The notes: generated by a model not told the origin, from the letters alone. Counted from the stretch's first letter, positions 1 through 12,608 are shown. The stretch: 64,000 nt of DNA from Aulosira sp. ZfuVER01 (GCA_034530615.2 JAVRCV020000005.1:1-64000); one strand, 5' to 3'. Translations and numbers: made by a program.

Positions 1-280
1 TTAAATAGACTTTCTCTATATCTGTGGCTTTTTCACTAAGTAGCTTACCAATAATAACTGGCTTAACTCGCTGTTGATAAATTGTGATGTTATCTACTAA
101 ATATTTAGTTAAATCGCGATAACTGATATTATGTAGCCTATGGTCAGAAATTACCTCTGCTTGTTCGCCAATGATCTCTCCATTCTGCATTCGATCATCG
201 CCAATGTTATACCAAGTACCAGAGGAAATTTGGAACATTAAATCTCTAGTACCAATTGTTGCAATTAGAACGGCTTTCAT
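1..280 (-). CDS. Probable CRISPR-associated CARF/Rossmann-fold effector, 5' part only (runs off the window edge)
   Basis: Not in the ORF track. ATG at 280, 7 bp after the cmr6 stop, and open to position 1: MKAVLIATIGTRDLMFQISSGTWYNIGDDRMQNGEIIGEQAEVISDH...KPVIIGKLLSEKATDIEKVYL. The N-terminal beta strand plus (T/S)xG(T/S) motif is typical of CARF domains. Confidence 0.6.
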   Translation of the reverse strand, partial: MKAVLIATIGTRDLMFQISSGTWYNIGDDRMQNGEIIGEQAEVISDHRLHNISYRDLTKYLVDNITIYQQRVKPVIIGKLLSEKATDIEKVYL

Positions 281-287
281 AGAGATA

Positions 288-2276
288 TTAAGTTAAAGGA
301 TAAATTTGAAAGTAGCTTTGGCGAGAAGTGCGATCGCGTAATTCAGTTAAATACTTTTTGCGTGGGTCGCTACTAGCGCCAAAAATCGTCACTAATTGGT
401 ATTCGCCTAGATCGGCAATCCATACTGGTGAAGGTTTAACTGGGGGTCTGCCGACCTTGCCACAAAGATTGGGATTATAGTTATCGCGACCTTCTCTGTC
501 CTTAACTTTTAAATCCGAGCTATGTAACACTCCTAGTGCATACGGCTTGCCAAAGTCTTCTTTGCCAGCACATACGACTATGCGACAATTAGCATCAACA
601 GCTTCAGACCAGAGGTCATCGCTTACTGAACCGACAGCTTTGGGTGAGCGATAGTTAAAAGAAGCTCCTAATGCAGTCAATGCTGCATAAAAGTCTTGTA
701 AACGTTGCTGAAATTTCTTCTGAAATTCTTGAGGGCTATCTGGTAAATTCCAAAATGAGTCATCGCTGTCAGCTATAAGTGTTGAACCGCGCCACCAGGG
801 AGCCGCTTGTCGATTTTGGCGAGAATAGCAAGGTCTCCTTGCTCCCTGACCAATGCCTCCCAAATGAAACATCAGCCAAGTGAGATTTTGGCATAGTTTT
901 TTAATAGCATCTTGCTTATCTTGGGGTGCTTCAGGTGAGTAATGTAGCGTTAAAATTCCCTCCTGTACTCCACACGGATCTTTTTGACCATCACGATTTG
1001 ATCGCGGTTCTTTTTGTGTAACTTTGCCCTCTAATATTCTCACCATTAACCAACCGCGTTCTTTGGGATTAATTGCACCAAATACTTTGGCTTCCCAAGA
1101 TTTTGCTACTTCAGGTTCTAATACTCCTAATGCAAAAGTGCGGAACCAATAGCGTAACATCGATTTAAAGGCAACAGGACGTACTTCGGCCTCTGGTAAT
1201 GTATCTGGCTTTAACCTACCTTGTCTGTCAGGTCTTAAGTTACCTTGAGAATCTTTTTGGTAAGGTTGGGAGGAATTTTTATATTTTTGTTTCCCATGAA
1301 TTAGCTGCCCTTCTAGAGTAAAGTTTATGCGGAAGAACTCGCTTTTATGAGTAACTTTACCTGCTCTTATTAATTCTCCATAGCCCGTGTTAATTTGAGA
1401 ACCAACACCAGATTGTAAGCCTGTAGTTAACCATTGTTTTACCTGATTTAATAATTGCCTATCATTACAGCCACTAGCAAGGCGTATGCCAATCAAAAAT
1501 GTAGCTTCATGAAGGCAGAAAAAAGGATTAGGATTTGGCTCATATTTCATTGAGTTACCATCCCACTTCCAAATATTATTTGCCATATCCATCGCTAGCC
1601 CCCCAGAAGGTTGATTTGGTAATGGATAAGCATCGAAGAAGATAACTTTTCCTGCCTGATGAGCGGGATTTTTCGCCTCTAACGAACCAAAATAAGGTGC
1701 AACTTCCTTTTCTGCTGCTTCCCACTTCAGGCGTTTTTGCACCATGATTTCTCTAATTGCCTGAGTTCTAGCAACACCTCGTAATGTACTAGAAGGGATA
1801 TAAGGCATACCCAAAGCATCAAAGGCTGGTAGGAGAATACTTTCTGGCCCTCGATGCCCACCTACCCGCATCCGCCAAGGGCACTTGACTTGAAATGTAT
1901 CACTGGCAATTAGTTGAGTGCGTTTGGTTAGCTGAGTGAGGCGATCGCGGTAATTTGCTCCTTCCTCAGCCATCTGGAGTAACTGCACTTTCGTAGCATC
2001 TTTGTACTCGCTATCAAGCGATCGCATCCAGCGGAGATACTCGACAAAGCTAGCTGTAGGATCTGGGGTTGGTTCATTTGCTGGATCGAGCCAAGGAGAA
2101 GGTATGCCTGGATTCCCGCCTCTGTCACCTGTGCCGCGATCGCCACCAGATCCGCCATTACCTTTTTCCGTCTTTGGGTTAACTCCACCTGTTCTTTTGG
2201 TAGCAGGATTGGGTCTTTGAATGGCTGATGGTGGCTGTTGGGGTTGCCCTTGTCTTTTGGGTCTTTCAAATACCAT
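288..2276 (-). CDS. cmr6: Type III-B RAMP protein, Cmr6-Cmr1 fusion
   Basis: 662 aa with two RAMP modules: Cmr6-like (GMPYIPSSTLRG, GVGSQINTGYG) and Cmr1-like (EVRPVAFKSMLRYWFR, LGGIGQGARR). Low-complexity N-terminal tail. Confidence 0.88.
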   Translation of the reverse strand: MVFERPKRQGQPQQPPSAIQRPNPATKRTGGVNPKTEKGNGGSGGDRGTGDRGGNPGIPSPWLDPANEPTPDPTASFVEYLRWMRSLDSEYKDATKVQLLQMAEEGANYRDRLTQLTKRTQLIASDTFQVKCPWRMRVGGHRGPESILLPAFDALGMPYIPSSTLRGVARTQAIREIMVQKRLKWEAAEKEVAPYFGSLEAKNPAHQAGKVIFFDAYPLPNQPSGGLAMDMANNIWKWDGNSMKYEPNPNPFFCLHEATFLIGIRLASGCNDRQLLNQVKQWLTTGLQSGVGSQINTGYGELIRAGKVTHKSEFFRINFTLEGQLIHGKQKYKNSSQPYQKDSQGNLRPDRQGRLKPDTLPEAEVRPVAFKSMLRYWFRTFALGVLEPEVAKSWEAKVFGAINPKERGWLMVRILEGKVTQKEPRSNRDGQKDPCGVQEGILTLHYSPEAPQDKQDAIKKLCQNLTWLMFHLGGIGQGARRPCYSRQNRQAAPWWRGSTLIADSDDSFWNLPDSPQEFQKKFQQRLQDFYAALTALGASFNYRSPKAVGSVSDDLWSEAVDANCRIVVCAGKEDFGKPYALGVLHSSDLKVKDREGRDNYNPNLCGKVGRPPVKPSPVWIADLGEYQLVTIFGASSDPRKKYLTELRDRTSRQSYFQIYPLT

Positions 2277-2280
2277 TAGC

Positions 2281-2670
2281 TTATTCTCCTTTAATATCCC
2301 AATAAACAGCAGCCGCCCAAAAGCTAAATTCCTGTGCCAATGCCAGACCTAATCCTGTTAAACCCAGATATTCTTCTGTATCTAGCTTTTTTAGTACTAC
2401 CAGCCCGTTATCACCTACTAAATTCTGTATTCCTGATAAGCTTTCTAAGCACTCAAAATATTTTTTAACTACTTGTTTTTTGCCTTCTTGATTCAAAGCT
2501 TTTTCCTCTGCTTTGAGGCGCATCATCCCCCAAGTAGATAAATAAGTATAGAGTTCAACAGCTTGGTTTTTCTGCTCTTTGAGGCGAGTTTCATCCTGAT
2601 TTGGCCCCTTTCGCAACCCATCTAAAGCATCATATACGGGTGTGGCAATTGTTCGTGGATCAAATGTCAT
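2281..2670 (-). CDS. cmr5: Type III-B small subunit Cmr5 (Cas11)
   Basis: 129 aa helical protein between cmr4 and cmr6; size and position match Cmr5. Confidence 0.8.
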   Translation of the reverse strand: MTFDPRTIATPVYDALDGLRKGPNQDETRLKEQKNQAVELYTYLSTWGMMRLKAEEKALNQEGKKQVVKKYFECLESLSGIQNLVGDNGLVVLKKLDTEEYLGLTGLGLALAQEFSFWAAAVYWDIKGE

Positions 2671-2712
2671 TACTTCTTCCCTCTATTAACTTGCCTTTTT
2701 AATATTTATTAG

Positions 2713-3504
2713 TTACTCCGCTGCCAACCACTGCTGAACGAATCCTCGACCTAAACTTTCTTGCCCTCCAATTTGGAGAATTTGATTCCCAGCTAATAAT
2801 GCTTTAAAATCAGTGCTAGATTTTTGGGCGGAGCCATTTGCTTGCGATGTTGTCCCCCATGAAAAATACATGAGAGTGTCGGGGGGAATCGCTTCTTCAT
2901 AACGAAACCCACCTTCTACAGATTTATGCTCATCTAATTTGATTTTTACCTGTCGCCACAGACTCATTTGAATTAAGGTGGCACAATGTTGATCTGGAAG
3001 AATCAGCACCCGATTAATGGCGCTAGATTCTGGTGTTTGCGGCACAAATTTTTGCCAATATTGCCAAGGCTTTAATTGTTCAGCTTTGAGAATGGCATCT
3101 TTCAAGTAAATATTAGATTTGCCTTTGATGAAATTGCAGCTATATTCATCTGGCAGATCAGAAATATTGCCATTCAACTTTAGCCATCGGCGCAGCAACA
3201 TGGGGCAACTAATCCAGATGACGCTATGGCTCAAAGAAGGCACAGGTAGCCAGAGAATTGAAGCATCACCAATCCAAATATCACCTTGCTCTAGTTGTTG
3301 TGATTCTTTTAAATCTGTACCAAATAGCTTAAATCGCGTATCTTGCTCGGCAACAGATGCTCTGAGCCTACCGCGAATAGTACTTGAAGGTATGTAAGGT
3401 AAATTAGTATGAGATTCACGAGCAATTCCTAATAAATTACCTTCTTGGATTGCACCGCCTGTATGTAATGGAGAAAGTAAATAGAGGTAAATAGAATTAA
3501 TCAT
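2713..3504 (-). CDS. cmr4: Type III-B backbone RAMP Cmr4 (Cas7)
   Basis: LSPLHTGG, ARESHTNLPYIPSSTIRG, YEEAIPPDT and the G-rich loop QIGGQESLGRG. Confidence 0.93.
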   Translation of the reverse strand: MINSIYLYLLSPLHTGGAIQEGNLLGIARESHTNLPYIPSSTIRGRLRASVAEQDTRFKLFGTDLKESQQLEQGDIWIGDASILWLPVPSLSHSVIWISCPMLLRRWLKLNGNISDLPDEYSCNFIKGKSNIYLKDAILKAEQLKPWQYWQKFVPQTPESSAINRVLILPDQHCATLIQMSLWRQVKIKLDEHKSVEGGFRYEEAIPPDTLMYFSWGTTSQANGSAQKSSTDFKALLAGNQILQIGGQESLGRGFVQQWLAAE

Positions 3505-3515
3505 ATTTAATTGCC

Positions 3516-7597
<4,082 letters not shown>

Positions 7598-7795
7598 AGG
7601 TGAAGTTCCTTGTAGTGCATCCAAAGGCTATTGTATAAATTGATATTCTATTTTGTCTAATAACAGTAGATATTCTTAAATGGTTACTAAGATTGATTCA
7701 GATTCCTTCGTGGTAAGCCTTTGAGCGAAGTAGATCAAGTTTGGATAAATATTTTATTATTAATTGACATTTTTGATTAATTATGTAGCTTAAGC

Positions 7796-7816
7796 AAAAG
7801 CCCTCACAAGAGGGCT
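7796..7816 (-). terminator. Intrinsic terminator ending the pre-crRNA
   Basis: Minus strand reads AGCCCTC-TTGT-GAGGGCT-TTT: a 7-bp stem followed by a T run, just distal to the last repeat-like sequence. Confidence 0.7.
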
Positions 7817-7823
7817 ACTGTAA

Positions 7824-7859
7824 CACAGCAATCAATTAATTTCCGCAGCGAGTGCGAAG
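7824..7859 (-). CRISPR. Divergent distal CRISPR repeat
   Basis: Minus strand CTTCGCACTCGCTGCGGAAATTAATTGATTGCTGTG versus consensus GTCTCTACTCGCTAGAGAAATGCATTGAATGGAAAC: same CTCGC loop, with the stem retained through paired changes. Confidence 0.75.
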
Positions 7860-7861
7860 GG

Positions 7862-7970
7862 GCGATCGCCAGGGATGAGAAGATCAGCGATCGGGATTTT
7901 AATTTTATAGACGAGTTACTACCAGAAGGAGAAGCGATCGCCAGGGATGAGAAGATCAGCGATCGGGATT
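7862..7970. repeat. Exact 37-bp direct repeat (7862-7898 and 7934-7970), 72-bp period
   Basis: GCGATCGCCAGGGATGAGAAGATCAGCGATCGGGATT occurs twice, separated by 35 bp; each copy begins with HIP1. Confidence 0.95.
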
Positions 7971-7971
7971 G

Positions 7972-9440
7972 GTTTCCAACCGATTAATTTCTCTAGCGAG
8001 TAGAGACTTGCTTAGGACACAAAATCCTAAGAGAGATAATACTAAGGAGTTTCCATTCAATTTATTTCTCTAGCAAGTAGAGACACTGTTGAACTCTTAC
8101 CCATTGCCCACAACTTCCACGTTTCCATTCAATGCATTTCTCTAGCGAGTAGAGACATCTCTGGGAAAGCATCTTAATACAGCTTTACACTAATACGTTT
8201 CCATTCAATGCATTTCTCTAGCGAGTAGAGACGCTGTTGCGATTGCCGTGTTGCGCTATATAAATTCGTTTCCATTCAATGCATTTCTCTAGCGAGTAGA
8301 GACCCACCGTCGTGGGCAGCTTCAGGGACTCGTCGAGTTTCCATTCAATGCATTTCTCTAGCGAGTAGAGACATATTGGCTATATGGACTTTGACCAAGC
8401 GTTTGATATTATCGTTTCCATTCAATGCATTTCTCTAGCGAGTAGAGACAGTACAATAATAGGTCTACTCAAGGTAGACATACTATTGTTTCCATTCAAT
8501 GCATTTCTCTAGCGAGTAGAGACCTTTATCAGCTGCAAGTGGTGAAATCAACGCTTACCTTGTTTCCATTCAATGCATTTCTCTAGCGAGTAGAGACCAT
8601 CTTCATAACTTAGTTATATTTCAAGGAGAGTTGGAGCTAAAGTTTCCATTCAATGCATTTCTCTAGCGAGTAGAGACTCTTGTATTTCATAGCTACCACT
8701 TACTGTGGGAGTATGTAGGTTTCCATTCAATGCATTTCTCTAGCGAGTAGAGACTTTGGTTAGCTGATGTGGCAGCAGTTTCTAGAGCTTCGTTTGTTTC
8801 CATTCAATGCATTTCTCTAGCGAGTAGAGACTCCCATGACAGTGGGCTGATTATCTAGATAGTTAACAAGTTTCCATTCAATGCATTTCTCTAGCGAGTA
8901 GAGACTGGCAGTCCCCTTTCAATCGTGCTTCGCAAGTACATCACTGAGGTTTCCATTCAATGCATTTCTCTAGCGAGTAGAGACAATGTCAATAATAAGT
9001 GTTATGTCCACCGCTCTGGGTAGTTTCCATTCAATGCATTTCTCTAGCGAGTAGAGACTAACCAAAGGCAGCAAGCCCTTCAAATAGCTGATAGGTGTTT
9101 CCATTCAATGCATTTCTCTAGCGAGTAGAGACTAAATGATGAGTCTACGCAAAATTAAAAACGCCACTAAAGTTTCCATTCAATGCATTTCTCTAGCGAG
9201 TAGAGACTAGCTACGCCATCGGCGTTCTCGGCTACACTTCTAGCGTTTCCATTCAATGCATTTCTCTAGCGAGTAGAGACTCCAACTCTAGAAGATCATA
9301 TGTGCAATGGAGAGTGGAAGGAGTTTCCATTCAATGCATTTCTCTAGCGAGTAGAGACCTAGAACAACTCTAATAGAGTAGATGCTGGTTCAATTCCAGT
9401 CTAAGTTTCCATTCAATGCATTTCTCTAGCGAGTAGAGAC
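7972..9440 (-). CRISPR. CRISPR array: 20 repeats of 36 bp and 19 spacers of 33-46 bp, transcribed on the minus strand
   Basis: The + strand repeat is GTTTCCATTCAATGCATTTCTCTAGCGAGTAGAGAC. The copies at 7972 and 8049 are degenerate (trailer end), the leader lies next to cas2, and the minus-strand repeat ends in GGAAAC. Confidence 0.99.
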
Positions 9441-9625
9441 CCCTCCATCCTAAACCCCTACCCAGAAAGAAGTCCACAGGCACTTTGCGACCGATCCGAT
9501 TTTTCTACCCATAAATGCCAGCAAATCAGAACAAAAAACGCTTGAAACTCCTACATATCAAGGCAACGGCCGATTCTACGAATTTGCGTTATTTCAGCCA
9601 TTTTGGCGATCGGCCGCAGCAACAG
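9441..9625 (-). promoter_or_regulatory. CRISPR leader
   Basis: Non-coding 185 bp between the cas2 stop and the first perfect repeat; contains an imperfect inverted pair TGCGACCGATC / GATCGGCCGCA. Confidence 0.8.
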
Positions 9626-9904
9626 CTAAATAATAGTTGAACCAGGTATTTCTGTGACTGGAAGCCCACCCCAAACTTGAATTTGATTTAAAGTGTGACC
9701 CGACAAAGGATAAAAACGTATTTTATCCTCCGATAACTTTACTTTCTTCCGCAATCGCTGATGCAACTCATTATATTGTGAAGTGGTTAACACACATTCA
9801 AAGACACTGTACTGTACGCGAATTCCATAGCCTTCCAATAAATCTGAGACTTTTTTACGCCGCTTATCGCAAGGAATATCATAAGCAACCACATACAAAA
9901 GCAT
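9626..9904 (-). CDS. cas2: CRISPR-associated endonuclease Cas2
   Basis: YVVAYDI...RVQYSVFEC, 92 aa. Confidence 0.97.
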   Translation of the reverse strand: MLLYVVAYDIPCDKRRKKVSDLLEGYGIRVQYSVFECVLTTSQYNELHQRLRKKVKLSEDKIRFYPLSGHTLNQIQVWGGLPVTEIPGSTII

Positions 9905-9909
9905 AAAAA

Positions 9910-10902
9910 TTAGCGAATCAGGTAAGGCTGATAAATCTGTGCTGGATTGTAGACGAACTGCTTATAAGCCTTCACCTGAGTCGTAAGCAAATGCCATCGC
10001 GGTTGCTTGTCTCCATCATCTATTTGCACTTCCTCCTCCATGCGCTGTAAAAAAGCTTTTAAATATTTTTTTCTTCCCAAATCATTGAGATAACAGCCTC
10101 CATCCCGGTATTCAAAATCATTCTGAGCATCCATGACATTTTTATTCACCAGCCATAGCACTAGAGAATCGACAATTGGCGCACGAAACTCCTCAATTAA
10201 ATCAGAAGCAAGAGCAGCGTGACGTTCTGAACCTTCGTGTAAACAGGCGTAATAAGGATCGAGTCCCTGGAGTTCAATTAATGCCAGCAAATGATTCCAA
10301 AGTACCTGATAGCCAAAACTTAATATGGCATTGACAGGGTTTCCGGGAGGGCGACGGCTACGTCCCATAAACACAAATTCAGGATTTGTCAAGCATTCGC
10401 CAAATACATTGAAATACTGTGCTGCACCTGCGCCTTCAAAACCCATGAGCCGATCCCAACTATCAGCAGTCGCCGCTTGCGAAACTAGATGATCTAGACC
10501 TTGTAACACTTTTTCCAGCAACTCAGACTCTTGCCGCCGTCGCTGCCGCCGCAACAGAACTCGACTATTTTTTAACTTCGCCTGTACGATCGCTCTGGCA
10601 GTAATCAGCCTTTCTACTTGTGTCAGTTGTTGCTGATAACGGCATAATTGCCTATACCCCCGCCCAATGGGTAGAATCCGCCCGTAACAGTATCCCATGC
10701 GCGAAAGGTAGACAATAGGAATCTCTCTCCATAAGCAAGCCCGAATCGCTTGCGTGCTGACTTGTGACTTGCCAAAAATCAAAATCTGTTCCAATAGCGG
10801 CAGCTGCACCTGACCCTGAACTATCTCACCCTGCTTGACAATTAATGTTTCTTTTTGGAGCGAAACATAACAATTTTGCTGAGAGACATAGAGAGTTCTC
10901 AT
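9910..10902 (-). CDS. cas1: CRISPR-associated endonuclease Cas1 (no RT or Cas6 fusion)
   Basis: LMGFEGAGAAQYF, RRPPGNPVNAILSFGY, LHE, LASDLIEEFR. ATG at 10902 with a GGAGG RBS. Confidence 0.97.
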   Translation of the reverse strand: MRTLYVSQQNCYVSLQKETLIVKQGEIVQGQVQLPLLEQILIFGKSQVSTQAIRACLWREIPIVYLSRMGYCYGRILPIGRGYRQLCRYQQQLTQVERLITARAIVQAKLKNSRVLLRRQRRRQESELLEKVLQGLDHLVSQAATADSWDRLMGFEGAGAAQYFNVFGECLTNPEFVFMGRSRRPPGNPVNAILSFGYQVLWNHLLALIELQGLDPYYACLHEGSERHAALASDLIEEFRAPIVDSLVLWLVNKNVMDAQNDFEYRDGGCYLNDLGRKKYLKAFLQRMEEEVQIDDGDKQPRWHLLTTQVKAYKQFVYNPAQIYQPYLIR

Positions 10903-10907
10903 TATCC

Positions 10908-11192
10908 CTACCTCCACCGCTGGAAAGTAGATTGCCGCTGCTGACGAGCGAGATTCTGCTTTTGGGAGCTAGAATCGGAGATTAAATCCGCATCCGCTGC
11001 TGGTTCTAACCAAGCAATTACTCGATCTGCCACATTGGAGACAATATAAGTAGCAAAAGTTACTAATAATGTATTGACGATCACGGCTGCTAATCCCAGA
11101 GGAGCAATTAGCAAAATAACAAAGGTAATGCTGCCAGTAGATACAGATACTAAAATGTTGCGTACTCTAGAAGCACGAGGCGAAATATACAT
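10908..11192 (-). CDS. csx18: CRISPR-associated membrane protein Csx18
   Basis: 94 aa with two hydrophobic segments (ITFVILLIAPLGLAAVIVNTLLV), directly upstream of cas1 as in cyanobacterial type III loci. Confidence 0.75.
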   Translation of the reverse strand: MYISPRASRVRNILVSVSTGSITFVILLIAPLGLAAVIVNTLLVTFATYIVSNVADRVIAWLEPAADADLISDSSSQKQNLARQQRQSTFQRWR

Positions 11193-11411
11193 ATTGATAA
11201 ATTGTTAATTTATACAAACTTACAATTACCAAGTTATTGAATTAGCAAAAATAAAGCTTCTAAAAGCCAATAATTGTATTTTTGGCTCAAAATTGCGTAA
11301 AAGCTGTTCTAGAGGCTGTTAGATTGATACAGAAATTGAAAAGATAATATTTTTTTCTTTTGGACACCAAAGTTCTAGATCTTGTAAACTGGAAAAGCAT
11401 CGCATCTACCT

Positions 11412-12608
11412 ATGCCGAAAACACCTACTTCCCATCCCTACGGTGATGTCAAAGCCTTTGAACGGTTGATGCTGCTAATTGCGACTTTACTAAAGCATCC
11501 AGGTGTAGGTAGTCCAGAATTTATCCAGTCAAGCGATCGCCAACAGCACAATTCTCTTCAGCAAGTTCAACTGTGCCTCCAAAATCTCTCAGCCTCCTAC
11601 GGAATAGAATTACCTCAAGGTTATCCTTCAATTCCCACACTGCGAAAAGACTTAGCAACTTTGCGCCGCTACGGGATTCTCGAAGACCGGATGTATCGCT
11701 GGGGATACTATTTAGGTACTGGTGCCATGTCCCAAGAAGAATTGAGAGTAGCTTTCAATGCTTTGGCATCTCAAGCAAAATACCAAGGTGATGGGCTTTT
11801 GCGGCGTATTTACCAAACTCTCAGCAAAAGATTGCGGGGATTGGATTTAGAACTCAAAGGAGAATTCTTCTATCCAGTCAGACAGCATCTCAATCGCGCC
11901 ATAGTCTACACAGATCCAGAAGAAATGGCAGCCTTAGGGCAAAATCGAGATACTTTATTTCATCAGTTGGCAGTTTTAGAAAAAGCCATTTGTCAGGGAC
12001 AGACAATTGAAATTTCTCGCGGTAGTGATCTCTACGGTAATAGCCGCATTGGGCCTGAACGAATAATACCACTACAGTTAATTTATCAAGATATCGCCTG
12101 GTATTTGCTCTATGAAAACTATGAAAATGGGCATTTAGTAATTGGGCGTTTGAACCGCTTTAAAAATTACTGCCAGATATTGAATGAATCAGGTCGAGGT
12201 CTAGAAGCGCAAAGAAATAGTCTTGCTAAGGCTTACCAACTACTAGAAAATGGCTGGGGCTTGTGTTTAGGTGAACCAACACAGCAACAACTCGAACTTC
12301 AAGGAAAGTTAGATTTAGTGACAGCAAAAGTGCGTTTCTTTCCTCCCATAGCAGCTTTTATTCAAGAAGGGGAACTGCGCCATCTCAAGCAAAAAATCGT
12401 CTTAGGCCCCAAAAATGTCGCAACTGGTAAGCCTAGCTACGTAGATTATATAGTACCATTGCCTCCTCGCTCATTAGATGAGTTTAGTATTTGGGTATAT
12501 CGCTACATGGATAAAGCACGAATTATTTCCCCTTCCCAACTCGTAGAAAAGCACCATCAAGCGGCTAAGGCTTTACTCTCTCAATACAATTCCATAGAAA
12601 TAGAATAG
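11412..12608 (+). CDS. WYL-domain transcriptional regulator (wHTH-WYL-WCX)
   Basis: PTLRKDLATLRRYG HTH and PLQLIYQDIAWYLL WYL signature; transcribed divergently from csx18-cas1-cas2. Confidence 0.9.
   Translation: MPKTPTSHPYGDVKAFERLMLLIATLLKHPGVGSPEFIQSSDRQQHNSLQQVQLCLQNLSASYGIELPQGYPSIPTLRKDLATLRRYGILEDRMYRWGYYLGTGAMSQEELRVAFNALASQAKYQGDGLLRRIYQTLSKRLRGLDLELKGEFFYPVRQHLNRAIVYTDPEEMAALGQNRDTLFHQLAVLEKAICQGQTIEISRGSDLYGNSRIGPERIIPLQLIYQDIAWYLLYENYENGHLVIGRLNRFKNYCQILNESGRGLEAQRNSLAKAYQLLENGWGLCLGEPTQQQLELQGKLDLVTAKVRFFPPIAAFIQEGELRHLKQKIVLGPKNVATGKPSYVDYIVPLPPRSLDEFSIWVYRYMDKARIISPSQLVEKHHQAAKALLSQYNSIEIE

Noticed and set aside
7781..7987. Stop-free + strand frame through the trailer duplication as a real small protein
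   Set aside because: No ATG/GTG/TTG start after the upstream in-frame stop, and no RBS.
8755..8767. Spacer 8755-8795 shares TTTGGTTAGCTGA with cmr6 at 1923-1935 (self-targeting?)
   Set aside because: Only 13 nt, which is expected by chance for ~750 nt of spacers against 64 kb; the crRNA would also be the same sense as the cmr6 mRNA.
9910..10917. RT-Cas1 or Cas6 fusion enabling RNA spacer acquisition
   Set aside because: Cas1 is only ~330 aa with no RT (YADD) or RAMP domain.
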